Assembly: GCA_963422265.1 (NCBI GenBank)
Contig: OY729416.1
Coordinates: forward strand, 384,001-448,000
Direction: 5' to 3'
DNA: 64,000 bases
Source: Thermodesulfobacteriota bacterium
Lineage (GTDB): Bacteria > Desulfobacterota_D > UBA1144 > Nemesobacterales > UBA2774
In this document: one piece after another, positions 40,193-49,790 of the stretch
Numbering within the stretch: position 1 is the first letter of the stretch
How the letters are laid out: each line of letters starts with the position of its first letter
Position numbers and translations under genes: made by a program
The notes under the pieces: model-generated
Seen by the model: the letters and a program-made list of their open reading frames with translations, nothing else
Database searches by the model: none
What the model was told of the DNA's origin: nothing

Positions 40193-41446
40193 ATGATGTC
40201 ACCCGACGCAAAACCCAGGGATGGGGAGAAAATAATTGTAGATAAGCAAAAAAGCCGGCTAGTTGTTCCGGATAATCCAGTGATTCCATTTATAGAAGGC
40301 GATGGGACTGGTCCTGATATCTGGCACGCTTCACAAATCGTATTCGATGCGGCTGTGCAAAAAGCTTACGGTGTTAAGAGAAAGATTGTATGGCATGAGG
40401 TGCTGACCGGAGAGAAGGCTTACGAACAAACAGGTGAATGGCTGCCTGATGAAACTATAAAAAGCATAAAGGATTATACAGTGGCAATAAAGGGACCCCT
40501 AACGACTCCTGTAGGGGGGGGGATTAGGAGTTTAAACGTAGCGCTAAGGCAGATTCTCGACCTTTATGCTTGCGTGAGGCCAGTCAGGTATATAAAGGGC
40601 ACGCCGTCTCCCGTTAAGGATCCTGAGGCTATGAACATGGTAATATTCAGGGAAAATACGGAGGACGTTTACTCAGGAATCGAATGGGAGAGTGGGACAA
40701 AGGAAGCTTACGAAATTAGAAATTATCTTGTTGAAAAATACGGCGTTAGCCTCAGGGAGCATTCGGGTATAGGTATTAAGCCAATAAGTCCTTTGGGTAC
40801 CAAAAGGCTTGTCAGAAAAGCGATTGAACACGCGTTGAGTAAGGGGCTTGAAAGCGTTACGCTGATCCATAAAGGGAATATAATGAAATATACGGAGGGG
40901 GCTTTTAGAGATTGGGGTTATGATATTGCAAGGGAGGAATTCAGAGATCTTTCTATAACGGAAGAGGAGCTTTGGGATACTTACAATGGTGAAAGGCCGA
41001 ACGGGAAAGTAGTAATAAAAGATAGAATAGCTGATAATATGCTACAGCAGATATTAACTAGAACTAGAGACTACCAGGTGCTTGCCACTCCTAATCTGAA
41101 CGGCGATTATCTATCTGATGCCTGTGCTGCACAAGTAGGAGGGCTTGGTATGGCGCCAGGAGGCAATATCGGAGATTATATGGCGCTCTTTGAGGCGACG
41201 CACGGCACGGCACCCAAATACGCAGGTCAGGATAAAGTAAATCCGAGTTCATTGGTACTCTCCGGCGTAATGATGTTTGATTATCTAGGTTGGAGTGAAG
41301 CAGGAGAGCTAATTATAAGGGCTATGGAAAAAACCATTATGGATAAGACGGTAACATACGATCTCGAAAGGCAGCTTGAGGGCGCGACTCTCCTTAAATG
41401 TTCAGAATTCGGAGAAGCTATCGCAGCTAATATGGATAAAGTGTAA
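40193..41446 (+). CDS. icd: Isocitrate dehydrogenase (homodimeric, E. coli type)
   Basis: [51 protein letters not shown]. Confidence 0.97.
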   Translation: MMSPDAKPRDGEKIIVDKQKSRLVVPDNPVIPFIEGDGTGPDIWHASQIVFDAAVQKAYGVKRKIVWHEVLTGEKAYEQTGEWLPDETIKSIKDYTVAIKGPLTTPVGGGIRSLNVALRQILDLYACVRPVRYIKGTPSPVKDPEAMNMVIFRENTEDVYSGIEWESGTKEAYEIRNYLVEKYGVSLREHSGIGIKPISPLGTKRLVRKAIEHALSKGLESVTLIHKGNIMKYTEGAFRDWGYDIAREEFRDLSITEEELWDTYNGERPNGKVVIKDRIADNMLQQILTRTRDYQVLATPNLNGDYLSDACAAQVGGLGMAPGGNIGDYMALFEATHGTAPKYAGQDKVNPSSLVLSGVMMFDYLGWSEAGELIIRAMEKTIMDKTVTYDLERQLEGATLLKCSEFGEAIAANMDKV

Positions 41447-41478
41447 AATCAAATAGTGGTAATAAGTTTTAATCCCCT

Positions 41479-41516
41479 GTAGAAAAAACACAGAGAAGTA
41501 GAAAAAACACAGAGAA
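41479..41516 (+). repeat. Perfect 19-bp tandem duplication GTAGAAAAAACACAGAGAA x2
   Basis: Units at 41479-41497 and 41498-41516, just upstream of the mdh SD. Confidence 0.9.
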
Positions 41517-41540
41517 AAAATATCAAGGAGTTAATTATAA

Positions 41541-42482
41541 ATGGGCAGACCAAAAATTTCAGTTATTGGAGCCGGCAATGTAGGAGCTTCGACGGCTCTA
41601 ATGCTATCACAAATGGAGCTTGGAGACGTTGTTTTGGTGGATATAGTTGAGGGTATGCCGCAAGGCAAAGCATTGGATATGATGGAGATGAACCCGGTTT
41701 ACGGTTATGATGTCAACATAACGGGAACGAACGGATATGATGATACCGAGGGATCGGACATTGTAGTAATTACCTCTGGCATACCACGCAAACCCGGCAT
41801 GAGTAGAGACGATTTGATTTCTACAAATACAAATATAGTTAAACAGGTTACGGAAAACGTGGCGGCAAAATCACCTAACTCAATATTGATACTTGTTACA
41901 AACCCACTTGATGCAATGGTTTACGTAGCCCATAAGGTAAGCAGCTTTCCAAGAGAACGCGTAGTGGGTATGGCGGGAGTACTTGATTCCGCAAGATTTA
42001 GAGCTTTTATCAGCATGGAGCTAGGTGTCTCGGTCGAAAATATTAATGCTTTTGTCTTAGGAGGGCACGGAGACGACATGGTACCCCTTGAAAGGTTCAC
42101 AACTGTGGCGGGCGTGCCGGTAACCGAACTCATCCCTCCCGAAAGGTTAGAATCAATCGTAGAAAGAACGCGAGGAGGGGGAGGAGAAATAGTTAAGTTA
42201 CTCAAGACGGGAAGCGCTTTCTACGCACCTGCAATATCAGCAGTTGAAATGGTCGAGGCTATTCTAAAAGATAAGAAGAAAATCTTGCCGTGCTGCGTGC
42301 TTGCAGAAGGGGAGTACGGTATCGAGGGCACTTTTGTAGGGCTGCCGGTTAAATTAGGGAGAGCCGGAATAGAAGGAATTTTTGAAATTGGACTTAGTGA
42401 TGAAGAGAAAGAATCCCTTCATCTATCAGCGAACCATGTAAAAGAGTTGTGCGAGCACATTGAAGGCTTGGGGGTGCTGTGA
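41541..42482 (+). CDS. mdh: Malate dehydrogenase (LDH-like)
   Basis: [33 protein letters not shown]. Confidence 0.97.
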   Translation: MGRPKISVIGAGNVGASTALMLSQMELGDVVLVDIVEGMPQGKALDMMEMNPVYGYDVNITGTNGYDDTEGSDIVVITSGIPRKPGMSRDDLISTNTNIVKQVTENVAAKSPNSILILVTNPLDAMVYVAHKVSSFPRERVVGMAGVLDSARFRAFISMELGVSVENINAFVLGGHGDDMVPLERFTTVAGVPVTELIPPERLESIVERTRGGGGEIVKLLKTGSAFYAPAISAVEMVEAILKDKKKILPCCVLAEGEYGIEGTFVGLPVKLGRAGIEGIFEIGLSDEEKESLHLSANHVKELCEHIEGLGVL

Positions 42483-42618
42483 CATAATGTAGATTCCGGG
42501 GTCTTGCTCCATAATTTTAATGGTATTGTTCTAACGATACTAGGTGCTATTTTTTTAGAAAACTTGTTTTATTCAAGCGTAATATAAAATGCATTGGTTC
42601 ATTGTTGGAGGGAGTATA

Positions 42619-43350
42619 ATGTCAAATGGGAGTATACAAAATGCTATTACAATGAGACGCGATGCTTGGTGGGTTGCGCCGCTTGTAACGGCAATTGTGC
42701 TAGGGGCATTCGGTGTTTATTCAACTTGGCGTGCTTTGGCAAACGTTGACTTTCTTGCATATCCTTATCTCTCTCCATTTTACTCACCTTACATGCTGCC
42801 TTCTTGGTGGCCCTTTTCTCCAGCCATACTTATACTTTGGGCACCATTAGGGTTTAGAGCTACGTGTTATTATTATAGAAAGGCTTACTATCGGGCGTTC
42901 TTTATGTCTCCACCAGCTTGTGTAGTTCGACCATTATCTAAAGAGGGTTCTTACGTCGGGGAGAGTAAATTTCCTTTCATATTGCAAAATATACACCGTT
43001 ACTTCTTCTATGCTGCCGGAGTCGTGCTCATCTTCTTATGGATTGATGCCCTGAAGGCATTTAAGTTTGAAGACGGTTTTGGTATTGGAGTGGGAACAAT
43101 AGTTCTGATAGTCAATGCTTCTCTTTTAACCATGTACTCGCTTTCATGTCATTCGTTTCGCCACCTTATAGGTGGAAACTTGGATGTTTTCTCAAAATGC
43201 CCTACGCGCTTTAAACTTTGGGGTAAGGCAAGCACACTAAACGAGCGCCACATGTTGTGGGCGTGGTTAAGTCTTTTTAGCGTGGCGCTTGCGGATCTAT
43301 ACGTTTTTTTGTTAGCGAAGGGCGCAATTGCCGACATGAGGGTTATATAA
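42619..43350 (+). CDS. Succinate dehydrogenase membrane anchor, mycobacterial Sdh1 (Rv0249c-like) type
   Basis: YLSPFYSP, RATCYYYRKAYYRAF..SPPAC, QNIHRY, SCHSFRH, HMLWAW; directly upstream of sdhA. SD GGAGG favours ATG 42619. Confidence 0.85.
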   Translation: MSNGSIQNAITMRRDAWWVAPLVTAIVLGAFGVYSTWRALANVDFLAYPYLSPFYSPYMLPSWWPFSPAILILWAPLGFRATCYYYRKAYYRAFFMSPPACVVRPLSKEGSYVGESKFPFILQNIHRYFFYAAGVVLIFLWIDALKAFKFEDGFGIGVGTIVLIVNASLLTMYSLSCHSFRHLIGGNLDVFSKCPTRFKLWGKASTLNERHMLWAWLSLFSVALADLYVFLLAKGAIADMRVI

Positions 43351-45078
43351 ATGGACAAGTATGAAACACATACACACGACGTAATAGTTATCGGTGCGGG
43401 AGGGGCAGGGCTTAGAGCTGCTATAGAGGCTTCTGCTCGGGGTGCGTGCGTGGGGCTCGTATGTAAGTCACTTCTAGGTAAAGCTCACACGGTTATGGCT
43501 GAAGGTGGGGTGGCTGCTGCACTTACAAATGTAGATAAAGGGGACGATTGGAAGACACACTTCCACGATACTATGCATGGCGGGAAGATGTTAAACAACT
43601 GGCACATGGCTCAGATCCATGCGCGGGAAGCGCCCGATCGCGTCAGGGAGCTTGAGCATTGGGGAGCGCTTTTTGACCGCACTAATGACGGCAAAATAAT
43701 GCAGAGGGCTTTTGGTGGGCATACTTGGAAAAGATTGGCTCACGTGGGAGATAGGACCGGTCTTGAAATGATTCGCACACTTCAGGACAGGGGCATACAT
43801 TCGGGAATAGACGTATATATGGAATGCACTATTACTCATCTCCTTAAGGATGGAGAACGCATATCGGGGGCATTCGGTTACTGGAGGGAAAGTGGAAGAT
43901 TCGTTTTATTCAAAGCAAAGGCGGTTATTCTCGCTACAGGTGGAATAGGGAAATCATATAAAGTCACTTCTAACTCCTGGGAGTATACAGGGGATGGTCA
44001 TGCTTTAGCTTACGAAGCGGGGGCTGAATTGATAGATATGGAGTTTGTGCAATTTCATCCCACTGGAATGGTCTGGCCTCCTAGCGTGAAGGGAATCCTC
44101 GTAACGGAAGCAGTAAGGGGTGAGGGTGGTATTCTCCGCAATAGAGAAGGCGATAGGTTCATGGAGAAATACGATCCTGAAAGGATGGAGCTTTCAACAA
44201 GAGACGTCGTTGCGAGGTCAATTTATACGGAGGTTCAAGAGGGGCGCGGTTCACCACACGGAGGGGCATTCCTTGACATTTCTCATAGAGGGTCTGATTA
44301 CGTAAAAAAGAAACTGCCTAGCATGTATCACCAATTTATGGAATTCGCCGAAATTGACATAACAAGGGAGCCTATGGAAGTGTTTCCGACGACTCATTAC
44401 GTTATGGGTGGCGTGCGTGTAGATGCTGACACGGCAAGTAGCACGGTCTTGGGTCTCTTCGCCGCTGGTGAAGTTGCTGGTGGAATGCACGGTGCTAACC
44501 GTTTGGGTGGCAATTCCCTGTCTGATTTATTGGTGTTTGGAAGGAGGGCAGGGTTAGGAGCAACACAATACGCAAATAAAATAGGAGGAAGTACTCTTAG
44601 AATTAATGAATTAGACGTACAAAGGGCAGTAGGTGAAATGCTTGAGCCTTATAACAATGGCGAAGGTGAAAATCCTTATGCTATTCATTATTCCCTTCAA
44701 GAGGTTATGGGTGACTACGTAGGCGTGTTTCGCACGAAAGCAAAATTGCACGAGGGTATTGAGCAGTTAGAGAAGCTAAAGAAGAGAGCCTCTAAGTTAA
44801 AAATAGAGGGAACTCGTATGTTTAATCCGAGCTGGCACCTTTGTAGGGACCTAAAATCAATGCTAATTGTTTCTGAAGCTATCGCAAGGTGCGCTCACCA
44901 AAGGGAAGAGAGTAGAGGAGCCCACAGCCGCGTTGATTTTCCTGACTACAACGACGAGAAGTGGGGCAGGGTTAATTCATTAGTATTAAAAGATAATAGT
45001 AATATGTTAATAGGGACGTCTTCATTACCTGTAATTCCTGAGGAGCTAAAGAGGATAGTTGACGGAGGGTACAAGTAA
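43351..45078 (+). CDS. sdhA: Succinate dehydrogenase/fumarate reductase flavoprotein subunit
   Basis: GAGGAG, KAHTVMAEGG (FAD His), QFHPTG, EAVRGEG, HYVMGG, HGANRLGGNSL. Confidence 0.95.
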   Translation: MDKYETHTHDVIVIGAGGAGLRAAIEASARGACVGLVCKSLLGKAHTVMAEGGVAAALTNVDKGDDWKTHFHDTMHGGKMLNNWHMAQIHAREAPDRVRELEHWGALFDRTNDGKIMQRAFGGHTWKRLAHVGDRTGLEMIRTLQDRGIHSGIDVYMECTITHLLKDGERISGAFGYWRESGRFVLFKAKAVILATGGIGKSYKVTSNSWEYTGDGHALAYEAGAELIDMEFVQFHPTGMVWPPSVKGILVTEAVRGEGGILRNREGDRFMEKYDPERMELSTRDVVARSIYTEVQEGRGSPHGGAFLDISHRGSDYVKKKLPSMYHQFMEFAEIDITREPMEVFPTTHYVMGGVRVDADTASSTVLGLFAAGEVAGGMHGANRLGGNSLSDLLVFGRRAGLGATQYANKIGGSTLRINELDVQRAVGEMLEPYNNGEGENPYAIHYSLQEVMGDYVGVFRTKAKLHEGIEQLEKLKKRASKLKIEGTRMFNPSWHLCRDLKSMLIVSEAIARCAHQREESRGAHSRVDFPDYNDEKWGRVNSLVLKDNSNMLIGTSSLPVIPEELKRIVDGGYK

Positions 45079-45079
45079 A

Positions 45080-45811
45080 ATGTCTGTTGCTACGTTGAGA
45101 GTATACCGCGGTGACGCTACTGGCGGAGCGGAAAAAGAATATAAAGTCCCCGTTGACGAGGGTATGGTAGTGCTCGATGCAATTCATTTTATTCAAGCAA
45201 ATCATGATGGAGACTTAGCTGTAAGATGGAATTGCAAAGCTGCAAAATGCGGGTCTTGTAGCGCTGAGATAAACGGTATGCCTAAGCTCACTTGTAAGAC
45301 CCGTTTAGACAGTCTTCCCCTTGATAAGCCCGTAACCGTCCATCCTATTAGAACTTTCCCTATTATAAAAGACTTGGTAACGGACGTTTCTTGGAACTAT
45401 GAGGTTAGAAAGAAAATTAAACCTTTCACGCCTGCACCAAATACTGACTGGACGATGTTTCAGGAAGACGTGGAACGCGGTCAAGAGTTCCGCAAGTGCA
45501 TTGAATGCTTTTTATGCCAGAATGTTTGCCACATACTTAGAAACCATGATAAAAAGGGAGAGTTCTTTGGTCCAAGAGCTATGATCAAACTGGCTGAGCT
45601 TGAGATGCACCCGCTAGATGTGGAGGACAGAAGCGAGCAACTTAGAAGGGAGGCAGGCGTCTCTTACTGTAACATTACAAAATGCTGCACAGAAGTATGC
45701 CCAGAGGGAATTCATATAACGGATAACGCTATTATACCTTTGAAGGAGAGGGTAGCTGATAAGTATTTTGATCCGCTTAAATGGGTGGTGAATAAGTTGA
45801 AGGGAATCTAA
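45080..45811 (+). CDS. sdhB: Succinate dehydrogenase/fumarate reductase Fe-S subunit
   Basis: CKAAKCGSC...C, CIECFLCQNVC, CNITKCCTEVCP. SD GGAGG favours ATG 45080. Confidence 0.95.
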   Translation: MSVATLRVYRGDATGGAEKEYKVPVDEGMVVLDAIHFIQANHDGDLAVRWNCKAAKCGSCSAEINGMPKLTCKTRLDSLPLDKPVTVHPIRTFPIIKDLVTDVSWNYEVRKKIKPFTPAPNTDWTMFQEDVERGQEFRKCIECFLCQNVCHILRNHDKKGEFFGPRAMIKLAELEMHPLDVEDRSEQLRREAGVSYCNITKCCTEVCPEGIHITDNAIIPLKERVADKYFDPLKWVVNKLKGI

Positions 45812-45876
45812 TTCTAACTTTGCACTTGCAGAAAGATAATAAGGCTTAGGATAGATAAGATGAGGAGAAGCTTACT

Positions 45877-47046
45877 GTGAACATACATGAGTATCAGGCG
45901 AAGGGGCTCTTGGCGAGAGAAGGAGTAGCCATACCGACTGGGAAGGTTGCTTTCAATGAAGATGAAGCTTCTCAAATAGCACAAGGACTAAAAAGCGATA
46001 GGTGCATCGTAAAAGCCCAGATACACGCCGGTGGGAGGGGAAAAGGGGGTGGGGTAAAACTCGCCAACACGCTTGAGGAGGTCAAGCGATTAGTTTCGGA
46101 GATGATCGGAATGAGTTTAGTTACTCATCAGACCGGGTCCGAGGGAAAGTTAGTGAGCAAGGTGCTTATAGAGGAAGCCTTGGATATAGAGAAAGAGTTT
46201 TACCTGGGCATGGTAATAGACAGGTCAAAAGAGAGAGTAGTAGTGATGGCTAGTCCTGAAGGTGGAGTTGAAATAGAAGAAGTAGCGCGGAAAACGCCTG
46301 AAAAAATATTAAAAGGGTATGTGGATCCCACTATGGGACTACTTCCATTTCAATGCAGGAATATAGCCTACTTTTTAGATCTTGAAGGAAAAGCTGTAAA
46401 TAAGGCGGTCAAACTTATGTTAGCGCTTTATAATGTTTTTATAGAAAACGATTGCTCCCTCGTTGAGATTAATCCCCTTATACTTACTAAGGATTCCGGC
46501 GTTTTGGCACTTGATGCGAAGATAAATATTGATGACAATGCGCTGTTTAGACGGCCGGATATAGAGAAATTACACGATCCTGACGAAGAGGATGCGACGG
46601 AGCTCGAAGCCAAGAATTGGGGTATCAGCTACGTCAAGCTTGATGGGGACATCGGTTGTCTTGTAAATGGAGCTGGACTTGCCATGTCAACTATGGATAT
46701 TGTTAAACACTATGGGGGAGAGCCTGCTAACTTTTTAGACGTGGGGGGTGGTGCTAGTAAGGAGCAGGTAGCGCATGCTTTCAAAATGATCCTGAGCGAC
46801 TCAAACGTAAAGGCGATTTTTGTTAATATCTTTGGAGGTATAATGAAATGCGATACCATAGCTGAAGGTATCATAGCGGCGGCGAAAGAGATAGGAATAG
46901 ATGTGCCTCTAGTTGTCAGGCTTGAGGGGACAAACGTTGAGATAGGAAGGGGTATTCTTGCTGAATCAGGCTTAAACATAATTACTGGGAGAGATATGCG
47001 GGAGGCAGCCTTCAAAGCCGTAGAAGCAATAAAGAATAAGAGTTAA
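45877..47046 (+). CDS. sucC: Succinyl-CoA synthetase beta subunit
   Basis: [49 protein letters not shown]. Confidence 0.96.
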   Translation: MNIHEYQAKGLLAREGVAIPTGKVAFNEDEASQIAQGLKSDRCIVKAQIHAGGRGKGGGVKLANTLEEVKRLVSEMIGMSLVTHQTGSEGKLVSKVLIEEALDIEKEFYLGMVIDRSKERVVVMASPEGGVEIEEVARKTPEKILKGYVDPTMGLLPFQCRNIAYFLDLEGKAVNKAVKLMLALYNVFIENDCSLVEINPLILTKDSGVLALDAKINIDDNALFRRPDIEKLHDPDEEDATELEAKNWGISYVKLDGDIGCLVNGAGLAMSTMDIVKHYGGEPANFLDVGGGASKEQVAHAFKMILSDSNVKAIFVNIFGGIMKCDTIAEGIIAAAKEIGIDVPLVVRLEGTNVEIGRGILAESGLNIITGRDMREAAFKAVEAIKNKS

Positions 47047-47203
47047 TAAATACCAACCTCTTTATTAATCCATCTATTCATTATTAGAATCGTATAATTG
47101 GAACGAGTAAGCATGCGGTTGTAGATTGTTGGTTTATCCATATTTATTTGTAGGTTCGTTTCACCTAGGGCATTCCGGGGGCGGCGAAACACGACTAAAT
47201 ACC

Positions 47204-47231
47204 TTGACAATATCTAAATGGTGATTAGTTT
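47204..47231 (+). promoter_or_regulatory. Candidate sigma70 promoter for dnaK
   Basis: TTGACA-16 bp-TAGTTT. Confidence 0.45.
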
Positions 47232-47335
47232 CAAAAAGATGACATCTCGGGAATGGTTGTATTTGCGGTTAGAGAAACCATCGAGAACTTTCCTTAGTAA
47301 AATAGAAAAGTGCAAAGCTGTAGGAGGTAAATAGA

Positions 47336-49303
47336 ATGGCTAGTGGCGACAAAATAATTGGGATTGACCTAGGAACTACCAACTCAGTTGTTGCTATAGT
47401 TGAAGGTGGGGAACCTAAGGTGATAATAAATGAAGAAGGTACTAGGGTTACGCCTTCTGTTGTAGCGTTCACAAAAGAAGGTGAAACGTTGGTAGGGAGA
47501 CCCGCTAAAAGGCAAGGAGTTGTGAATCCTACAAATACCATCTTTTCGATTAAAAGACTAATGGGGAGGCGTTTTGCGGAAGTGGAAGAGGAAGCGAAAA
47601 AACTCCCGTATAAAGTAGTAAAGTCAAAAAATGATGACGCCTGGGTAGAAGTGATGGGTAAGGAATATTCTCCACCTGAGGCTTCGTCTAGCGTATTGAT
47701 GAAACTAAAAAAAGCTGCTGAAGATTACGTCGGGGGGGAAATTAACGAAGCCGTAATTACCGTCCCGGCTTACTTTAATGATAGTCAGAGACAGGCAACC
47801 AAAGACGCAGGAAAAATTGCAGGGCTTGAAGTTAAAAGAATTATAAACGAACCTACGGCTGCTGCTTTATCTTATGGTTTTGATAAAAAAAGCGAGGGGA
47901 TTATTGCTGTTTATGATCTGGGTGGTGGAACGTTTGACATTTCTGTACTCGAGGTTGGAGATAACGTTATTGAGGTTAAATCGACTAATGGTGACACGCA
48001 TCTTGGCGGAGATGACTTTGATCAAGCTGTGATGGATTATATGATTGAAGAGTTTAAGAAAGAATCCGGCATAGACATTGGAAATGATAAAATGGCACTT
48101 CAAAGACTGAGACAAGAAGCGGAAAAGGCTAAGATAGAACTATCTAATACGCTCGAGACAGAGGTGAACTTGCCCTTTATTACAGCTGATTCTACGGGGC
48201 CGAAGCACTTAATTATGAAGATAACCCGCTCTAAGTTTGAGCAGCTTATAGAAGATAAAGTCAAGGGGACACTGGGTCCCTGCGAACAAGCGCTAAAAGA
48301 TGCTGGCTTGAAATCTGGAGATATTGATGAAGTTATATTAGTTGGGGGTTCAACAAGAATCCCGATCGTTCAAAAAGTAGTGACTGACTTCTTTGGCAGG
48401 GAACCTCATAAAGGTATAAATCCAGATGAAGTAGTTGCTATGGGGGCAGCTATTCAGGGAGCAGTGCTTAGCGGAGAAGTAAGAGATGTTCTTTTGCTCG
48501 ATGTAACGCCTCTTTCGCTGGGAATTGAGACACTAGGTGGAGTAATGACTAAAATTATTGAGAGAAACACGACGATACCTACTAAAAAGAGCCAGGTTTT
48601 TACCACTGCGGAAGACAATCAAACCTCAGTTGAAATTCACGTGATGCAAGGCGAGCGTCAAATGTCGTCTGACAACAGGACGCTTGCACGCTTTATTTTG
48701 GATGGTATTCCACCTGCTGCAAGGGGTATTCCTCAAGTAGAGGTTACGTTTGATATTGACGCCGACGGTATTCTGCACGTCTCCGCAAAGGATCTCGCCA
48801 CTCAGAAAGAACAAAAAATCAGGGTGGAAGCTTCTAGCGGGCTTAACAAAGAGGAAGTTGAAAGTATGATCAAAGAAGCTGAAGAAAAATTAGAAGAAGA
48901 CCACAAGCGCCACGAGTTTGTTGAAAGCAGGAATAAGTTAGACGAGCTTATTCACAGAACTAGTAAGAGTTTTAAGGAGTTTGAAGATAAACTCTCTCCA
49001 GATGAGAAAAGTGAACTGGAAGAGGCTCTTGAACAAGGAAGAAGCGCCATTAAGAGTGATGACCCTAACCAGATAAAGGCGGCTACTGAGAAAATAACAC
49101 AATCTTCTCACAAACTTGCTGAGCTAATGTACAAGCAGCAGGTTCAGCAAGAAGGAGCTCCTGGGAACGCTGAAGGTGCTCAGACTAGTAATGCACGTCA
49201 GCAGCAGCGGGGTGGAGGAGGGGCTCAAGAGAATGCGAAAGGTAAAGATGCGAGTGACAAAGGTGATGATGAAGTAATAGACGCAGAGTTTACCGAAAAG
49301 TAA
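47336..49303 (+). CDS. dnaK: Hsp70 chaperone DnaK
   Basis: [39 protein letters not shown], terminal DAEFTE. Confidence 0.99.
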   Translation: MASGDKIIGIDLGTTNSVVAIVEGGEPKVIINEEGTRVTPSVVAFTKEGETLVGRPAKRQGVVNPTNTIFSIKRLMGRRFAEVEEEAKKLPYKVVKSKNDDAWVEVMGKEYSPPEASSSVLMKLKKAAEDYVGGEINEAVITVPAYFNDSQRQATKDAGKIAGLEVKRIINEPTAAALSYGFDKKSEGIIAVYDLGGGTFDISVLEVGDNVIEVKSTNGDTHLGGDDFDQAVMDYMIEEFKKESGIDIGNDKMALQRLRQEAEKAKIELSNTLETEVNLPFITADSTGPKHLIMKITRSKFEQLIEDKVKGTLGPCEQALKDAGLKSGDIDEVILVGGSTRIPIVQKVVTDFFGREPHKGINPDEVVAMGAAIQGAVLSGEVRDVLLLDVTPLSLGIETLGGVMTKIIERNTTIPTKKSQVFTTAEDNQTSVEIHVMQGERQMSSDNRTLARFILDGIPPAARGIPQVEVTFDIDADGILHVSAKDLATQKEQKIRVEASSGLNKEEVESMIKEAEEKLEEDHKRHEFVESRNKLDELIHRTSKSFKEFEDKLSPDEKSELEEALEQGRSAIKSDDPNQIKAATEKITQSSHKLAELMYKQQVQQEGAPGNAEGAQTSNARQQQRGGGGAQENAKGKDASDKGDDEVIDAEFTEK

Positions 49304-49333
49304 GATGTTAATCTAAATCAAAACATTCTAAAT

Positions 49334-49373
49334 AAATAACAAGAGCGGCTGAATAGTCGCCTTTGTTATTTTT
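49334..49373 (+). terminator. Intrinsic terminator after dnaK
   Basis: AAATAACAA-GA-GCGGCT-GAAT-AGTCGC-CT-TTGTTATTTTT: hairpin with a T-rich tail. Confidence 0.7.
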
Positions 49374-49538
49374 GGGGTTCTGTGGTTTCATTTGAGTGGT
49401 TTAATACTTGTTGCCTAGTTTGAGTTTATATGTTAGCTTTCTTCATAATTGCTTATGTTGTAACTTACGAGATGGGCTGAAGTATTATGAGAACAGTTTA
49501 TGGATATACAGTTTATAAATACAAGGGGGTGCAGGCTA

Positions 49539-49745
49539 ATGAAAGCTGGAATTCATCCGGAATATAGAGAAGTTACAATTAGCTGCGCTTGCGGAGCTTC
49601 CTATGTAACAAAATCAACTCGTTTTGAGGCTTTTACCGTTGAGGTTTGCTCAAATTGCCATCCCTTCTATACTGGTAGAGAAAGGACAGCAGAAGCGAAG
49701 GGTAGGGTAGAAAGGTTTAGAAGAAAATATAAGGTAAAACACTAA
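49539..49745 (+). CDS. rpmE: 50S ribosomal protein L31 (Zn-binding form)
   Basis: [29 protein letters not shown]. Homology begins at ATG 49539. Confidence 0.97.
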   Translation: MKAGIHPEYREVTISCACGASYVTKSTRFEAFTVEVCSNCHPFYTGRERTAEAKGRVERFRRKYKVKH

Positions 49746-49790
49746 ATTTGGGGAATTCTATATGCTAAAAGGGCATAGAGGTGAGCATTA

